NCBI GenBank assembly: GCA_951406725.2
Contig: OX597823.1
Location: 14,694,001-14,758,000 of the forward strand
Length of the DNA stretch: 64,000 bases
Direction: 5' to 3'
Origin: Octopus vulgaris
Lineage: Eukaryota
Part shown: positions 58,883 to 64,000 of the stretch, piece by piece
Layout of the letters: each line of letters starts with the position of its first letter
Numbering within the stretch: position 1 is the first letter of the stretch
The notes under the pieces: generated by a model
What the model was told of the DNA's origin: nothing
Seen by the model: only the letters and a program-made list of their open reading frames with translations
Databases searched by the model: none
Program-made: the position numbers and the translations under genes

Positions 58883-59100
58883 TAGCAATCCTTCGCTATG
58901 TCACGATTCACATATCGCGGTTTATTATTTACGCTTACATCGATTCCTCCGCGGTGTTGTTTTGCATTTATAATAAAATAAATATATACGAATAATAAAA
59001 ATAATAAAAAAATATATACAATACTGTTTCTACTTCGCGGATTTTCACCTATCGCGGAGGATTTTAAAACGTAACACCCGCGATAGTTGAGGGATTACTG
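58883..59100. mobile_element. pogo/Tigger-like MITE (degenerate left TIR)
   Basis: Right end cgcgatagttgagggattactg-TA; left end tagcaatccttcgctat. Confidence 0.6.
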
Positions 59101-59450
59101 TATATGTGTGTGTGTGGGGGGTGTGCTTGCGTAAGTGCGTTATGGTTTGCTTTGGATATACAGGGAGTTCAGTTGTGATGCTGTGGCTTTGTTTAATCTT
59201 ATGAGCTTTGTTTTAAAATGTGTTTCCTGTATTGAAGGTTTTTTTTATGTGTGTGTTTTTATGTTACTAGTGGGATATGTCGCCTGGTAAATCGATTAGG
59301 GGAGTGGTGGTGGTTGAGGTGGGGGTGATGTTTATATATATATTTTTTATTGATGTGATTGATTTTCTTTTCGATTTTGTTTTTGCTTTGACTGCTTCCA
59401 CGTCAAGTATTTTGCCATATCCTATTCATCTAAGAATATTCTTTCGCTAT

Positions 59451-59883
59451 AAGGCGGCGAGCTGGCAGAATCGTTAGCACGCCGGGCGAAATGCTTTCGT
59501 CTCTATTTCGTCTGTCTTTACTTTCTGAGTTCAAATTCCGCCGATGTTGACTTTGCCTTTCATCCTTTCAGGGTCGATTAAATAAGTACCAGTTACGCAC
59601 TAGGGTCGATATAATCGACTTAATCCGTTTGTCTGTCCTTGTTTGTCCCTTCTGTGTGTAGCCCCTTGTGGGCAATAAAGAAATAAGAAACGTTAGCGCG
59701 CCGGGCGAAATGCTTTCGTCTGTATTTAGTCTGTCTTTACGCTCTGAGTTCAAATTCCGCTTCGGTCGACTTCGCCTTTCATCCTTTCGATGTCGATTAA
59801 TTAAGTACCAATTGCGTACTGGCGTCGATCTAATTGACTGGCTCCCTCCTCACAAAATTTAGAGCCTTTTGCCTAGAGTAGTA
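59451..59883 (+). mobile_element. SINE family C dimer with an approximately 18 bp target-site duplication
   Basis: aagaatattcttt(c/t)gcta at 59432-59449 and 59884-59901. Confidence 0.85.
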
Positions 59884-60472
59884 AAGAATATTCTTTTGCT
59901 AAATCTATCTTCTGTATGTAAGTTTTTATGAGATGTCCACCACGGGTTTGCGTGCTTTAACATCACTCAGCTTAATTGTGCATTTCAGTTGGGCTAATAA
60001 GAAAATTCTATGCGATTGCAAGACTTAGTAAAAATAACAGCAAAATCTCTCGTAAGTCACAGTTATCAATTCTATTTTGTGGGGTAGGTATTATCATCAT
60101 TGCTGGGATAACTTCGGAATTTAATTTTACAGTTAAAGAAAATTAACTGAAAAAAGATAGAAAAACCTGGGGTTTGACTAATTTACAGGGCAAAGCTCGT
60201 ATCAAGATTGAACATGAAAGGGAAAAGTTTGTAAAAAAAAAATTTATACAAAATGAAAAATGGAAGATATTGGATTGTGCTCCAAGATGTACGGTGTAAG
60301 GAAGATGATACGAACGCTGGACTAAAGGCTCCCATGTTGGCTCGGCTTATGATTTCTTAATTAAATAAGGGACATGTCCTTTGAGATTGCTTTATTATTC
60401 AATATAAAAGCCTAATTTTAATGATTTCAAGGGAAATATTTCAATAATGATAGGAAAATATTTAATGAAATT

Positions 60473-60508
<36 letters not shown>

Positions 60509-60841
60509 CGTGTGTGTTTTCTGATGATAATGATAGAGGTACGGGAAGCAGTAAGGTGTAGAGGGTGAAAACTTAAGATAGCTATTAAGGTGGTGATGGA
60601 AGTGGTAGTGGTGGGTGGTTGTGGTGGTGGTGATGGTAAAGGCTGTGCGGGCGGTGAAGGATGATCAGGTGGAGATCAGATTGTTGTGTTGAGGGTGGTG
60701 GTACAGGTAGCGGTGCTGGTGGAGATGGGGAAGAGTGGCAGAGGAAGCAATGACAGAACACTGCGGTAATGGTTTTGATGGCAGTAATGGCCAAGTGACA
60801 ATAGTGACAGTGGTTAGAGTAGTGATATAATAAGTGGTATT

Positions 60842-60843
60842 AG

Positions 60844-60884
<41 letters not shown>

Positions 60885-60886
60885 GC

Positions 60887-60955
<69 letters not shown>

Positions 60956-60994
60956 GGTGGTGGTGGTGGTGGTGGTGGTGGTGGTGGTGTTGGT

Positions 60995-61059
<65 letters not shown>

Positions 61060-61146
61060 GGTGGTGGTGCTAGTAGTAGTAGTAGTAGTGGTGGTGGTGG
61101 TGGTAGTAGTAGTAGTAGCGGTGGTGGTGGTGGTGGTGGTGGTGAC

Positions 61147-61177
<31 letters not shown>

Positions 61178-61180
61178 GCA
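60842..61180. repeat. Compound (CAG)/(TAG)/(TGG)n microsatellite
   Basis: Direct reading. Confidence 0.95.
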
Positions 61181-61628
61181 GCCGCATAATTACCAGACAC
61201 TCTATCCCACTGTACGCTATTGCTAGAGATAGACTTCTCTCATCATCCCTTGTGACGTAGCTATCAGGGGTCTCTGTCGTCAGGCTTTTGCAAGAATTTG
61301 TGCTTTATAGACTGCGAGACTTCACACTGCTCTTTCGCTATTTACATAGTTTTGAGGTAATATACTGTATTTACCCGTGTGTAAATCGCATCTTTAATTC
61401 TGTATTAATTCTTGTTACCATTTTTTACCTCTTCATATTCAAACTTCATTTCAACTTTACCTCGTGTATATGTCGAACCTCAGTGTTTTCTTTTTGTCTT
61501 TTTTTTTCTTTTATTTTCATCAATAACCCTTTCGCTGCTAAATTAAATTCCTGAGTTATTCCAATAATGATGTTAAATTCTACTCATCTCAAGAGAAAAT
61601 AATAGTCACTAAGAATGACATTCCTTAA

Positions 61629-62147
61629 TCTATCTATCTCTATATAAACGGCAGTTTGTCTGTCTGTGTGTCTGTCAGGTTGTACCCTCACCCTGACCAC
61701 ATCTTTCAACCGATTCTGATGAAACTTGACACACACATAGCCCAATGTCATAATTCAAAACTAACGCAACGAAAATTTTAAAAAGTTCCCCCAGTTCTGA
61801 AAAAAATTGATAAATTCGACATGGGGTCGAGAATCTAAGTTTTTTATTTGCAACACATTTTCTGTTGTAGTTTTCGCAACTTGCAATCGATTTTCACCAA
61901 ACTCATGGTGAAGCTTAATGTTACCCTAAGAAACTTAATTCTGACGTTAGTTTTCCTTGCAATACCTTACCATCAGAAAAAATCGATAAAATTATGCCAT
62001 TTTGGGAAATCGCGATCAAATTCAAGATGACATATTTTCGACAATATCTTTCACAAATTGGCAGGAATTTTTTTAAAATTCACAGCGAGCATCATGTCTG
62101 CTCCAGGGGCTCTTACATACCCGGGCAATGCCGGGCTATGCTGCTAG
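61629..62147 (+). mobile_element. Non-autonomous Helitron-like element
   Basis: A|TCTATC...(gtct)n near the 5' end; 3' hairpin cccgggcaatgccggg then CTAG|T. Confidence 0.8.
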
Positions 62148-62536
62148 TATATATATAAAGCTGAAGTTGTCTGTGTGTGGCAGGTTTGATAGCCTTCAAC
62201 TAACACTATCTCCTCCGAGACTCTGCGGCGCAAGTTGACCAAAATTGAGAGTATGATAGAAGAAGGCTTGCTCTTCATTCCGTAGAAGATAAAATTCAAA
62301 TCGGACCATGTTAACACCAAAAATTATTTACATCAAAAAGGTGGGGTTTTTTCTATGAAAATCCCTATTTTTTATGATATTTTTACTGCTGTGTTGCCAT
62401 TTTTCGGTGTATTTCAACCAGAAAAATGTTCACTTAGAGAGAATAACAAGCTACATAATGCAAAATTTTTACTTTTCAAAAATTCCAGTTCTAAAGGGTC
62501 GCAACAAACCCGAGCAACGCCGGGCGATACTGCTAG
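62148..62536 (+). mobile_element. Second Helitron-like element, head-to-tail with the previous one
   Basis: 3' end acccgagcaacgccgggcgatactgctag|t is identical to the end of 36063-37204. Confidence 0.8.
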
Positions 62537-62850
62537 TAAAAGATAAATCAATATTTAAAAAACTGCTTCCCGCAGTTAAGGGTAATGAATTTTTGAGTGG
62601 ATATTGTAGGCATTGTAGCTATGGCTGTCTCGTCTTTTTGTCAGACATTGACTTACTTTATCCTTTTCGAGATTCCCTTTCTTTAAAACAATAGCATGTA
62701 CATGTGATATGAGAGGGAGAGAAAGAGAGATTTATCTATTATTTCTAGCCAGTCAAGCAACCTCATTGAGGTTCATCCATCTTTAAGTTACGTCTGATGC
62801 AATTCATTATTGCAGTCTTCTCGTGTAGCCTTCTCAGGAATATATATTTT

Positions 62851-63287
62851 GGATCTTTTCGGTTTGAATGGCAGTTTTTGACATAATTTCTAGGTAACTA
62901 AAAAATTTTAAACTTCGTATACTGGTAGAATGTGTTTATAAAACATCTTTTCCTCTTGGTTTTATTGAGAAAATTCTATAGTTTGTAAGATATTTGTTGT
63001 TTTTTTCCTTCAATTTCTGCAATTTCAACCAATCACTGACGTCCATTGAGGTAAAAAAAATATTCTGTGCCGTATATGTCCCTCGTTTAAGAAACAGATT
63101 GGGTTTATTTACATTTGTGAAGAAAAAAAGATACCCTTCCCCCAAACCCTAACCCTAACCCTAACCCTAACTAACCCTAACCCTAAAACAGATTGAAATG
63201 CAATAGATCGATACTAGAGTCATAATTATAGGTGACAATTTCATATGACACCGCTACAAAAAACTGCCGTTCAAACCGAAAAGATCC
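62851..63287. mobile_element. MITE with GG..CC termini, 8 bp TSD and internal (CCCTAA)n
   Basis: TIR ggatcttttcggtttgaatggcagttttt / aaaaactgccgttcaaaccgaaaagatcc; tatatttt duplicated at 62843-62850 and 63288-63295; telomeric repeats at 63147-63186. Confidence 0.9.
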
Positions 63288-63779
63288 TATATTTTTCTAC
63301 GTAAATCCGCAATAAAATAGTTAAAAATCAATAATAAAATACTGCAACTTATGCTCAAGTAAAAATGGTACTCTTCATTTGTTTTCCTATTTAAGGGCCA
63401 CCATCGACCGTAGAACAGTTAAAAGGGTGTATCAAGCAAAGAATGTGTTAATGGATACAAGAATACTCAAATATACGACAATTCATGATAACGCCATGAC
63501 AGGTACATAGTGACTACTCCATCTTCAGAGATGATTGCCGTCTCTTTGTGCTTACTAGTTGTCAATGGCGTTTCTGTACTCTCCGTCCATGACCTTTCAG
63601 ATGACTATTCACTCATTCCCACTCTTTCATCGCCATAGGACTTTCAGTCTCGGAATCGACCCCCCCCCCCCCCACCACCACCACCACGACATCATGAGAG
63701 ACGGACACTCTGATGCCTGTCTGTCTGTCTGCCTGCCTGTATGCATGTATGTATGTATGTATGTATGTATGTATGTATA

Positions 63780-64000
63780 GGAGGAAGAAAATGAAAAAAA
63801 GGAGGACGGAAGGTGATAATAGTAGTGGTGGTGGCAGAAAAGGAGAAGGAGGAGGAGAAAGAAGAGGAGAAGGAGGGGAAGGAAGGGGAGGAGGAGGAGG
63901 AAGAGAGGAGGAGGAGGAGGAGGAGAGGAGGAGGAGGAGGAATATGAGGAGGAATATGAGGAGGAATATGAGGAGGAAGAAGAGGAGGAGGGGGATGAAA
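63780..64000. repeat. (GAG)-rich purine tract
   Basis: Direct reading. Confidence 0.9.

Overview
AT-rich, microsatellite-saturated eukaryotic non-coding DNA. The SINE families and composition suggest an octopus or other cephalopod genome (inference). I found no intact host gene or convincing exon; nearly all listed ORFs are translations of simple repeats. The window contains about 35 tRNA-derived SINE copies from several modular families, three decayed mariner transposons, several MITEs (one carrying telomeric repeats), three non-autonomous Helitron-like elements, an L1/Tx1-type reverse transcriptase relic, a TAA-microsatellite-flanked element, and a 4.5 kb (CATA)n array. The most notable signal is a set of short non-coding elements, mostly inserted in (TA)n tracts, that carry type I hammerhead ribozyme folds (about 3045, 4008, 9782, 14938 minus, and both strands of a 130 bp palindrome at 34191-34320, plus a variant core at 3514 and 57253). 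They occur as partial tandem or inverted repeats, resembling Penelope-like pLTRs and retrozymes. All folds and alignments were done by eye, and SINE boundaries are approximate.
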